Assembly: GCA_943788175.1 (NCBI GenBank)
Contig: CALSPG010000001.1
Coordinates: 240,873-304,872, forward strand
DNA from: an uncultured bacterium
Lineage (GTDB): Bacteria; Fidelibacterota; Marinisomatia; Marinisomatales; UBA1611
Length of the DNA stretch: 64,000 nt
Direction: 5' to 3'
Under the pieces are notes generated by a model. The model searched no databases. It was given only the letters and a program-made list of their open reading frames with translations, and was not told the origin of the DNA. Positions 1 through 8,250 of this stretch are shown in pieces. The translations under genes were made by a program, and so were the position numbers. Position 1 is the first letter of the stretch. Each line of letters starts with the position of its first letter.

Positions 1-479
1 ATATCTGTTGTATCTTCAATTACTTTACCCCAAAAGTCGTCCAACGCATTTTGTTTTGAAATTTTTACTAACGTATCAGAGACACCATGGGTCCAAGCCC
101 AGCTTGATTCGTGGTCACCTATAGCTTCTATTCTTGCTTTTCTTACGCGTTTGTTTGCGGTGTTTTGCATGTAAGTCATCATAGAAAAAAATAAAAAAAC
201 AAAAACTATAATAATTATATATCTATCATATGATTCTTCTTTGTTTTTTAATAGAACAAGAAAATTCCAATTAGCTTTTATAAAATCATATGCCTTATGA
301 GCTTTTTCTATTTTTTTACTCGCTAATAACTTTTCATCGATAGTTTCAAAGTTGTCTAATTTCCAATACTTTAAATACTTTTGGTACTTTCTATATAATT
401 CAAGTTTAGAGCATTTGTGGTTGAGACCAAAATACTCCAGTTCTTTTTTAAGAGTAACTATTGTCTTTTCTAGGTCCAT
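1..479 (-). CDS. hypothetical membrane-anchored protein; its 3' end runs off the window
   Basis: Not in the ORF track because no stop lies in the window. My reverse-strand translation from ATG (479-477) reads MDLEKTIVTLKKELEYFGLNHK...YDRYIIIIVFVFLFFSMMTYMQNTANKR... and stays open to base 1. It has one hydrophobic helix. Confidence 0.45.
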   Translation of the reverse strand, partial: MDLEKTIVTLKKELEYFGLNHKCSKLELYRKYQKYLKYWKLDNFETIDEKLLASKKIEKAHKAYDFIKANWNFLVLLKNKEESYDRYIIIIVFVFLFFSMMTYMQNTANKRVRKARIEAIGDHESSWAWTHGVSDTLVKISKQNALDDFWGKVIEDTTD

Positions 480-602
480 TATAGTGCAACTCTAATGCTC
501 GATACTCCAGATATACTTGTTAGAAATAAGGTCATAAATACAAATGAAATTAAATAATAATTATTTGGTTAGAGCTAATAAAATTTTCTTTTAATTTATT
601 GT

Positions 603-1994
603 ATGTTAATTCGCCTATTTTTCGGAATCTCATTATTTCTTTTATCTAGTTGCTCAAATATTAGTAACGAATCAGAATTAGAATTAAAAAGAGGTCTTTT
701 CTATAATACTTCCAATGGAAAGCCTTTCTCCGGTAAAGTATATAAATTATATAATAATGGTTCTAAAATGCGAGAGGCGCAATTTGATATAGGTGCTATT
801 GAAGGTTCATACACTTATTATGATAACGAAGGCTCGATAATTTATCCAGCAGACGAGGCTTCATTAGATTTTAGAGATGGGAAAAAATATTTTGCAAATT
901 CTGATAAAGAATTCTGGGGTTTAGCCTTTGGAACTTATCAAAGCGGAGAAACTTCTTTCGAAGTGCTTTATGAAAATGGCAAGGTAGTTGGAGATTATGT
1001 TTACTTTAACCGAGACGGTTCTATCAAGTCCCCTATCTTTACGTCATTATTGATTCGTCGCGGAGATGTCTTATATCAAGAAAGTTCACCAGAACCTTAC
1101 ACGGGTCCTGTATTTGATCTGTGGGAAAATGGAAATAAAATGTTGGAGGGCTCCTACAAAAATTCTGTTAAGGACGGTAGGTGGATGGAGTGGTTTGATA
1201 ATGGTCAGCCAGAGAAGACAGTACAACTATCGTTACGGACTTCGTCATGGCTATTGGGCTGAATGGCACAGCAACGGCTTGCTCTCTATTGAAGGTAGCT
1301 ATACGTTGACGGTAAAGAGGATGGCACCTGGACATATCTGGTACCCTTCCGGCCAAAAAGAAAAGATAATCATGCAAAAAGAAGGTTGGTGGAATGGAAG
1401 GATCTCAAAAATGGTTCTTAAATGGCCAAATGATGGAAGATATAAGCTATAAAGACCAAATGCCTGTAGGCAAATGGCAATATTGGTTTGAAAATGGTCA
1501 ACTAAAAGGAAGAAAGAAACTATGAGAATGGTTTGCCCTCCGGAAGCTGGACTCAGTATTATAACAATGGATTTATGAAACATAAAATCAACTACTTGTA
1601 CTAGGCAAGGAAGATGGTACGTGGGTCTATTGGTATAACAACGGCCAAAAAAAGGAAGAAAAAAACTTTATCAATGGAAAAAAAGAAGGTAAGTGGCAAA
1701 GTTGGTTTGCCAATGGCGCCAAAAAAGAAGTGAGATACTTTTGCTGGTAATTTAAAAAGTGGAGTGTGGAGAGAATGGTATGACCTCCAGCCCAGAGAAG
1801 AAAGACGATATGTGAACGGTAAATTAGATGGGCCTAGAAAAAAATGGTATTCCAATGGTAAGTTAAAAGAAGAGGGTAATTATAAAGAGGGTAAAGAGAA
1901 CGGAAGATGGACCTACTATCTTGAAGATGGCGCTATTGAAACATCCTATGATATTAAAGGTAACTTTTTATCGCGAATTAATGTTGATGACTAA
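603..1994 (+). pseudogene. MORN/YwqK-type repeat lipoprotein, disrupted by multiple frame changes
   Basis: It has a lipoprotein signal (MLIRLFFGISLFLLSSC). The repeat unit G-x-W-x-x-W-[YF]-x-N-G-x appears in all three + frames in turn: KDGRWMEWFDNGQ (frame of 603), RHGYWAEWHSNG (frame of 1066), EDGTWVYWYNNGQKKEE and KEGKWQSWFANGAKKE (about 1610-1730), and PRKKWYSNGKLKEEG and ENGRWTYY (frame of 1764). Confidence 0.75.
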
Positions 1995-2145
1995 AAAAAC
2001 TAAAAATAGTTCGGATTGCCACTTATAAAAAATGTACTTAAGTTAAAAAGCATCTGTTTTAAACAATTACATAGAATAATCATGAAAAAAATCTTTTATT
2101 TACTCAATATTATTATCCTTCGCCTCTGCTCAACAAGGGCTCAAC

Positions 2146-3222
2146 TTGGAAGAGCTTGAATCAGATGATAACGGGACCCTAATGTATCCTTACTCTGGGA
2201 AAGTATTTGAATACTGGCCTAATGGGGATTTAAAGGTTAGAGGTAGACTTAGAAATGGTTTAAGAAATGGTAAATGGGAATATTATCACACAAATGGATC
2301 AAAGATGGCTGCTGGTAAGTATTTCGATGGCAATGGTTCTAAAATCGATCCTGAAACTAAGATTCCCATGCAGGGTTTTGTAGGTAATTGGACGTTCTAC
2401 TATAAAACAGGGCAGCAATGGCAAGAAGGCAGCTGGAAAGACGGTATACCATCAGGAGAACATGTAAAATGGTATCCTAATGGAAATACTAAAACTATTC
2501 TAACATATGAGAGCGGAGAGCTTCAGGGGCCTATAACTAAATGGTTTGAAGATGGTCAAGTAAAAGAAGAGGCGTTTTACAACTTTGGTAAGCTAGATAG
2601 TTCTTACTCAACCTGGTATTCAAATGGCAGCAAAAAAGAAGAGGGTGATTACTTTCGAGGCATTCAAAATGGACATTGGACATTTTGGCACGAAAATGGA
2701 GAGCTAAAGCGAGATGGTAGTTATTCAAATGGTGAAATGGATGGTATCTGGGTGGAATATGCAGCTGATGGAAATAGTATCCAGCGAAGTAGGTACAATG
2801 AGGGGTTGTTTCTATATGACTTGCATTGGGGGCCGAAAGAGCTTTACACAAGGTCACAAAAGCTTAGAAAAAAGAATATAGAGTCTTCAATTTTAGTTTT
2901 AGACAACATTGTCAATTCATTCAAAGAAAGTAAGTATGCCACTCGATCTCAATTTTTAAAAGCCGAAATTTATATGAATGATTTAAAAGATTTTAATGCT
3001 GCAATTAGGGAATATAAAGCAGTAGTTAAATTGTTTCCCACCTCTGCGCAGGCCCAAGACTCACAATATATGGTTTCTTATATCTATGGTAGTGTATTAG
3101 ATAATAAAAAGCAGGCTAAAAAAGAATACAAATCTTTCCTTAAAAAGTATCCTAGTAGTAGGCTTGTATCCGCAGTGAGATTAGAATTGAAACAGCTTAA
3201 TAGTAGGATGGCTAGAAAATAG
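2146..3222 (+). CDS. MORN/YwqK-repeat protein with a C-terminal TPR-like (YbgF-type) domain; the signal peptide sits in another frame upstream
   Basis: Repeats include NGKWEYYHTNGSK, GEHVKWYPNGN, QNGHWTFWHENGE and MDGIWVEY. The C-terminus (AEIYMNDLKDFNAAIREYKAVVKLFPTSAQAQDSQYMVSYIY) is TPR-like. ATG at 2082 encodes MKKIFYLLNIIIL in a different frame, and it joins the ...SFASAQQGLNLEELE frame after a 1-nt shift near 2112-2120. Confidence 0.75.
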   Translation: MEELESDDNGTLMYPYSGKVFEYWPNGDLKVRGRLRNGLRNGKWEYYHTNGSKMAAGKYFDGNGSKIDPETKIPMQGFVGNWTFYYKTGQQWQEGSWKDGIPSGEHVKWYPNGNTKTILTYESGELQGPITKWFEDGQVKEEAFYNFGKLDSSYSTWYSNGSKKEEGDYFRGIQNGHWTFWHENGELKRDGSYSNGEMDGIWVEYAADGNSIQRSRYNEGLFLYDLHWGPKELYTRSQKLRKKNIESSILVLDNIVNSFKESKYATRSQFLKAEIYMNDLKDFNAAIREYKAVVKLFPTSAQAQDSQYMVSYIYGSVLDNKKQAKKEYKSFLKKYPSSRLVSAVRLELKQLNSRMARK

Positions 3223-3227
3223 TTTAT

Positions 3228-4550
3228 TTAGTCTAAACCAATAATTGTTGGTTTATTTACGGGCCCAGTTAGTTTTAAGACAATCACAGGTCCTTCTCTG
3301 TTTAAATTTTTATCATTCTCTATTTCCCATTCTCTTATAATATCTCTTACGCCATATGATATCGGATTAATTCTAATTTCAGTATCAAATAAATCCAATG
3401 AACTAAAATCTTTTTTTCTAGTATCAAATGAAAATTGCCCACTAATATTAATTTTTAAAAATGGACTATCAAATAATGCTTCAATTATTCCAAATTCATT
3501 ATCATAAAATCGAAAATTAAAATCTGCTCTTCTAATACGTAATAAACCATTCCTGGCACCAAGTTCAAGCATTAAGAAGTTTATAGTCTCATCGTTAGTA
3601 ATAGACGGTGGTATTTTAAACTCAAGGTTTTTGATTGAAAAATCACCACTGCCATTCTGAAAATTTGGATAGCCTTCCGTATCTAAAACTTGGAAAGATA
3701 AATTATTTATATTTAGGATTATATCGTTTATTTTGAAATTAGTTTGTTCGAAAATATCATTATTAGGGATGGCTGTTACTGACAATCCTTTAAGTGTGAA
3801 TTTTCCATATTTTTGAAAATACTCAATACTAGAACTTTTTGGAGATAAACCAATATTAATATCTGAAAGTAGCGACTGTTCAATTTCATTTATATTAAAT
3901 CTAAAAGACCAGTTTGTACTGTCTTTAGGAAAATTATCAGATTCTTTGTTGGTTATTTTTTTCGTTTCCCAGTTTAAAGAAATATATTTTTCTTGTTTTT
4001 TGTGGCTTGAAGTTGTTCGCGCATCAATACTAATTGGTAATGACATAGTGTAGTTCCATTCATTATTGCTAAATGGATATTTGTCGGGTCTTATCAAAGA
4101 CTCGATAACTAAGTCATTATAATTTTTTGGATATTTTTCATTTTTTTGGAAATAAGCTTCGGTTGCTTTTTCTAAAACTTCAAAAGCATCCATCGGTGTT
4201 TCATACCGTTTATCTGAAAGATCAGTTAATATTAAGTTGTAAAAATTCGCTAATTTGTAGTTGGTTATTAATTCAAAATGATCAAGCAATAAGCCAGGTC
4301 CATTAATCACTATTCCTATTGATTCATCATTTATATTTTTTATTGCTATATCATCAAAACCAAATTTTAAAGATTGTATTGAGAGTTGTGCATTCTCAAG
4401 GCTGTCTTTTGATATATTAGTAGCTATTTTAAATTTATTAAGTTGAAAATATAATTGTTCTAATGATGCTGTCGCATCAATATAATTTTGGCTTTTTATA
4501 CTTTGCCCTATAATTAAGACAATAAAAATGCATTTTGTTAAAATTTTCAT
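3228..4550 (-). CDS. hypothetical secreted protein
   Basis: Long ORF. The internal Met at 4550 gives a clean signal peptide (MKILTKCIFIVLIIGQSIKSQ), while the 33 codons upstream in the track ORF look non-coding. I recognise no family motif. Confidence 0.6.
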   Translation of the reverse strand: MKILTKCIFIVLIIGQSIKSQNYIDATASLEQLYFQLNKFKIATNISKDSLENAQLSIQSLKFGFDDIAIKNINDESIGIVINGPGLLLDHFELITNYKLANFYNLILTDLSDKRYETPMDAFEVLEKATEAYFQKNEKYPKNYNDLVIESLIRPDKYPFSNNEWNYTMSLPISIDARTTSSHKKQEKYISLNWETKKITNKESDNFPKDSTNWSFRFNINEIEQSLLSDINIGLSPKSSSIEYFQKYGKFTLKGLSVTAIPNNDIFEQTNFKINDIILNINNLSFQVLDTEGYPNFQNGSGDFSIKNLEFKIPPSITNDETINFLMLELGARNGLLRIRRADFNFRFYDNEFGIIEALFDSPFLKINISGQFSFDTRKKDFSSLDLFDTEIRINPISYGVRDIIREWEIENDKNLNREGPVIVLKLTGPVNKPTIIGLD

Positions 4551-4629
4551 ATTTTTATTAATTTGTTGTATACATAATTTATGTAGTGAGTCAATTTGAT
4601 AAACTATTTTTTTCGAATACTTTAATTTT

Positions 4630-4959
4630 ATGAAAAAACGACAAAACATTGTGTTCTCTACGGATGAAAATTTTTTTCATGATAAAAATGAATCTATAGA
4701 ACCTATTAATGTGGCTGCAAATGAACAAAATCTGAAAATCAGTTTAAAAAGGCTACCTGGTAATAGGATATTAACGATTATTAATGGTTTAAAAGGAGAC
4801 GCCTTAAGCTTTAATGCTTTATCAAAAGATCTTAAAAAGGCTTGTGGTGTCGGCGGATCGGTAAAAAATAGACAAATCTTAATCCAAGGAAATCATAGGG
4901 AAAAAATAATAAAAATTTTAGATGAAAGAGGCTTTAAAGTAAAGGCCAGTGGAGGTTAA
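4630..4959 (+). CDS. yciH: translation initiation factor SUI1/YciH family
   Basis: 109 aa. The C-terminal KKACGVGGSVKNRQILIQGNHREKIIKILDERGFKVKASGG matches the YciH/eIF1 pattern (KKxCGCGGxVK...IQGD...G..VK..GG). Confidence 0.85.
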   Translation: MKKRQNIVFSTDENFFHDKNESIEPINVAANEQNLKISLKRLPGNRILTIINGLKGDALSFNALSKDLKKACGVGGSVKNRQILIQGNHREKIIKILDERGFKVKASGG

Positions 4960-4968
4960 ATTTATAAC

Positions 4969-6141
4969 ATGAAATTTTTTAATTTAATTACATTTATAGT
5001 TTTAAGTGTCATGTCATTTTCTTCGTGCGATAAATCGTTAAAACTATCAAAAATAAAAATGGTGCTAACTGGGAGTGTTCATGGCCAGTTAGATCCTTGT
5101 GGCTGAAAGAAAAATCCTCTAGGCGGTCTGTCTAGAAAATTAATGGTATTAAAAGATATGCGTAAGAATGGTGAAAGCCCTCTAGTTCTTGATGCCGGCG
5201 ATATGTTCTTTAGTAAAACTAGCATTAACATTAATAATATTAAATCAGAGCAGCATAGGTGCGAAACTATGTTAAAAGGCTACGAGAAAATTGGCATTGA
5301 CGCTCAAAATGTTGGTAAGTATGAACTTTTAGCTGGGTTATTATATCTGAAAAAAATGGAGAAAAAGTTCAGTAATATTCCATTTATTTCTGCAAATATA
5401 AAAAGTGCTGCGACAGGCGAGTTATTATTTAAGCCATACCGTGTCGTAAGTAAAGATGGTCTTAACATAGGTGTTTTGGGTTTAACTAATATGGTTCCTG
5501 ATACGATGCGCTCTGTTGTCATGGATGACTACATAAATACAGGAATTAAATACATTAAAGAATTGAAAAATAAAGTTGACCTTATTGTTTTGCTTGTTAA
5601 TGCAGATAGAACTTCCCAGGCTTCTTTATCAAAACATTTTAGCGATGCGGATTTTATTTTTACAAGCGGTAGTACTCATAGAACTAGCTCATCAATGACT
5701 CAAAATAAGAATGGTCCTTTTTTATATTCTAATGGAAAACAAGGTAAATACCTATCGATAATTGATCTTGAGATTAAAAATGTCAAGGGACCCATTGCTG
5801 ATCTTTCAGCTCCAGAACAAAAAGTAAAACAACTTAATAATAGGCTGAAAAGATTGCAGAAAAAAGATCCAAATAGTTCTCTTGAAAAAATTTATGCTGG
5901 TAAAGATAATATCTTAAACCTAATCAAACGCTATAAAAACGACCTTAAAACAGCAGAAACTGCTATTGAAAATGCTTCAAATAAAATGAGATACACTAGT
6001 TTCGCGTTAAATAGAAAAATAAAAGATGACCCTGAAATGTTAACAATGGTTAATCTTGCTGTCGAAAAATGTAAATCGTTAGAATTGAATAATAATAGTT
6101 TTGAAAAAAGTAATTCTCACGGGCACAACCATAGCCATTAA
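4969..6141 (+). CDS. calcineurin-like/5'-nucleotidase-type lipoprotein with an in-frame TGA (codon 46); candidate selenoprotein
   Basis: ATG 4969 is in the same frame as track ORF 5143..6141. The sequence reads MKFFNLITFIVLSVMSFSSC (lipobox) ...VLTGSVHGQLDPCG-TGA(5104-5106)-KKNPLGGLSRKLMVLKDM... and this TGA is the only stop. Downstream motifs are LVLDAGDMFF and NVGKYE (a degenerate GNHE), and the tail is His-rich (SNSHGHNHSH). Confidence 0.65.
5118..5136 (+). promoter_or_regulatory. putative bacterial SECIS hairpin downstream of UGA 5104
   Basis: UCUAGGC-GGUCU-GUCUAGA forms a 7-bp stem (one G-U pair) with the loop GGUCU. Counting U of the UGA as 1, G22 G23 U24 C25 U26 G27 match the bases at the same positions of the E. 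coli fdhF SECIS as I recall it. Confidence 0.5.
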
Positions 6142-6185
6142 TTTTTTTAAAAGGTTTAATATTATCAAATTTTAATTTTGAATTA

Positions 6186-6671
6186 ATGAACTATTCTAAC
6201 TCGATCCACCAAGTAGGTATCTTCATATTTATATCTTTAATTTTTAGTATTTCTACTAATTTTTTCCGATCTGATTCTATTGATTATATCTCAAAAGGAT
6301 TTGATAAAGTTGAATCTTTAGATGATTTAAATTTAAATAGTGAAGAGGGTATTAAAGAGGTTAGTTTAAAAATTGCTCAGGATTTGTTCAAAAAGGAGAC
6401 ACTTTTTATTGATGCTAGAGCTAAAGAATATTACCTTGAGGGACATATCCCTGGTGCAATTTGTTTTGATGATTTTGATTCTCTTTCAAATGAAATTGAT
6501 AATAGGATCCAAAATAATGAATTTTTTGTAGTTTACTGTAGTGACGATGACTGTGGTTCAAGCGAAGAACTTTCATATCAGTTGCTTGACGAGGGCTTTA
6601 CAAGTATTTATTTATTTCGAGGCGGTTGGAAGCTGTGGATAGATAATAAAATGCCTATTGAAAAACCATGA
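6186..6671 (+). CDS. rhodanese-domain protein, membrane-anchored
   Basis: It has an N-terminal hydrophobic helix. Rhodanese signatures are EYYLEGHIPGAI, the active-site loop VVYCSDDDCGSSEE and LFRGGWKLW. Its stop overlaps the next start (ATGA at 6668-6671). Confidence 0.85.
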   Translation: MNYSNSIHQVGIFIFISLIFSISTNFFRSDSIDYISKGFDKVESLDDLNLNSEEGIKEVSLKIAQDLFKKETLFIDARAKEYYLEGHIPGAICFDDFDSLSNEIDNRIQNNEFFVVYCSDDDCGSSEELSYQLLDEGFTSIYLFRGGWKLWIDNKMPIEKP

Positions 6672-7119
6672 ATTACTTAAAAAGTTATTCTATATTAATA
6701 TTAAGAATTATTGTTGGCTCGGTTTTCTTATGGGCTAGTCTAAGCAAGATCATAGATCCTTCAAAGTTTGCTAGAGAAATTTCAAATTATCATGTTATGC
6801 CATTTGGTTTGGAGAATACGTTGCTATCTTTTTACCATGGTTAGAGTTTTTTATTGGCTCTGCACTCATTCTTGGAATTATGGTTGATGGTTCGGTAATC
6901 ATATGTGCATCTTTATTAATTATGTTTAATTTGCTTGTAGCTCAAGCAATGGTTCGAGGTTTTAACATAGAGTGTGGATGTGGCTTAAAAGAGGGTGAGC
7001 TAGTTGGTTTTCAAAAGCTATTTGAAAACTTTACCTTTCTAGGATTCTGTGTTTTGATTTATTTTAGAAAAAATAAATTTTTGGAAATATTTCCAAAAAC
7101 AGAATTGTCTGATAAATAA
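6668..7119 (+). pseudogene. MauE/DoxX-family membrane protein with one frame change near 6822-6830
   Basis: ATG 6668 gives MNYLKSYSILILRIIVGSVFLWASLSKIIDPSKFAREISNYHVMPFGLENT and then a stop. The sequence continues in another frame as AIFLPWLEFFIGSALILGIMVDGSVIICASLLIMFNLLVAQAMVRGFNIECGCG (track ORF 6880..7119). Confidence 0.7.
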
Positions 7120-7141
7120 CATAGATGTAAATTTATATCAT

Positions 7142-7214
7142 GCGAGAGTAGCTCAGCTGGTAGAGCATCACCTTGCCAACGTGGATGTCGCGAGTTCGAA
7201 TCTCGTCTCTCGCT
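7142..7214 (+). tRNA. tRNA-Gly (anticodon GCC)
   Basis: Hand-folded cloverleaf: acceptor stem GCGAGAG/CTCTCGC, D arm GCTC-AGCTGGTA-GAGC, anticodon arm TCACC-TTGCCAA-CGTGG (one 31:39 mismatch), T arm GCGAG-TTCGAAT-CTCGT. It closely resembles E. coli tRNA-Gly(GCC). CCA is not encoded. Confidence 0.9.
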
Positions 7215-7220
7215 CGCGAT

Positions 7221-7258
7221 AATAGCCTTACCTGATTTTTTCATGTAAGGCTATTTTG
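7221..7258 (+). terminator. rho-independent terminator after tRNA-Gly
   Basis: Inverted repeat AATAGCCTTAC / GTAAGGCTATT (11 bp) followed by TTT. Confidence 0.6.
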
Positions 7259-7454
7259 ATTACAGTTAAGTATTTGTTATCTATTTTTTTGATTTTTATA
7301 CTTTTCGTATTGATGATATGGATTATTTAGGTAAATTATTCTAAGCTTTCTTTGCTATCTATGTGTTTTAGTTAACATTAGCTTGTCCTAATCAACTATG
7401 TATTACATCGTGTATAGCATCTGTGCTCTTAAAATATTATAGGTTATTAACCAT

Positions 7455-7661
7455 TTGAAGATAATATATATTATAATTTTTTCTTTTTTAGGGAATTGCT
7501 TGTTTTCTCAAACGTGTTCTCTTGATGGTAAGAGTGTTGTCCCCGTCAGCTCAACAGAGATAGTTAATAATGAATCCTTAGCTCTTTACAGGTGCTCTAA
7601 TGGTCACCAGATGTGGTTAGCCAATCCTGAAACTAAGGTTAGCAATGAATCTATTAATTGA
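7455..7661 (+). CDS. small hypothetical secreted protein (weak call)
   Basis: 68 aa with a non-ATG start and the signal-like N-terminus MKIIYIIIFSFLGNCLFSQ. It lies in a gene-poor, stop-riddled region. Confidence 0.3.
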   Translation: MKIIYIIIFSFLGNCLFSQTCSLDGKSVVPVSSTEIVNNESLALYRCSNGHQMWLANPETKVSNESIN

Positions 7662-8250
7662 ATCTATTGGTTCAGATAATAAGATCTATTGCTCCCATAA
7701 AATAGGCAGGTAGCTAAAGTATAAGGTTAGTGATTCAGAATTGCGAGTTTCTAACCCTGACAGTTTCTAAAGGCTTTTCTAAGCAAAGCTATTGATTCTC
7801 AAAATATAAATACCAAAACTATTATCTGATAACTTAAATGTGGCTCCTAAAAATAAAAATGTTGATTCTCTCAGGTTTTACCGCTGTTAAAAAAAGAGAG
7901 ACTATGTCTAAAAAGGAATCTCAGAGATTCAAAATTTTCAAGTTCTTTAAATATTCAAAAATTTGGGCTTGAAACACTTTTGCACAAAAAAATTGAAAGT
8001 GACAGGCAGTTTTCTGAGAAACTTGATAATGAAAAGTCTGAACTACTCCACTTGATGTATACTCAAAAAAAGTTATTTGATAAAATAGATGATAATAGAT
8101 TTTCTTTTAAAAAATACCCTATTTTTTCATATTCCAACATGTTGTATATTGCTATATCTATTGCATTTACATCGTATTTAATTTTTTAAATTTTAATAAT
8201 GGCTCCTCCTGGAGCAATTTTTTATATTTAGACATATAATATCAATTCAT

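Noticed and set aside
1168-1855. Minus-strand ORFs 1168..1377, 1299..1583 and 1601..1855
   Set aside because: They are antisense to the MORN-repeat pseudogene, whose forward-strand repeats are clearly recognisable. They have no motifs.
7059-7244. 61-aa minus-strand ORF in the track
   Set aside because: It lies exactly antisense to tRNA-Gly and its terminator, and its GC-rich codons come from the tRNA sequence. It is spurious.
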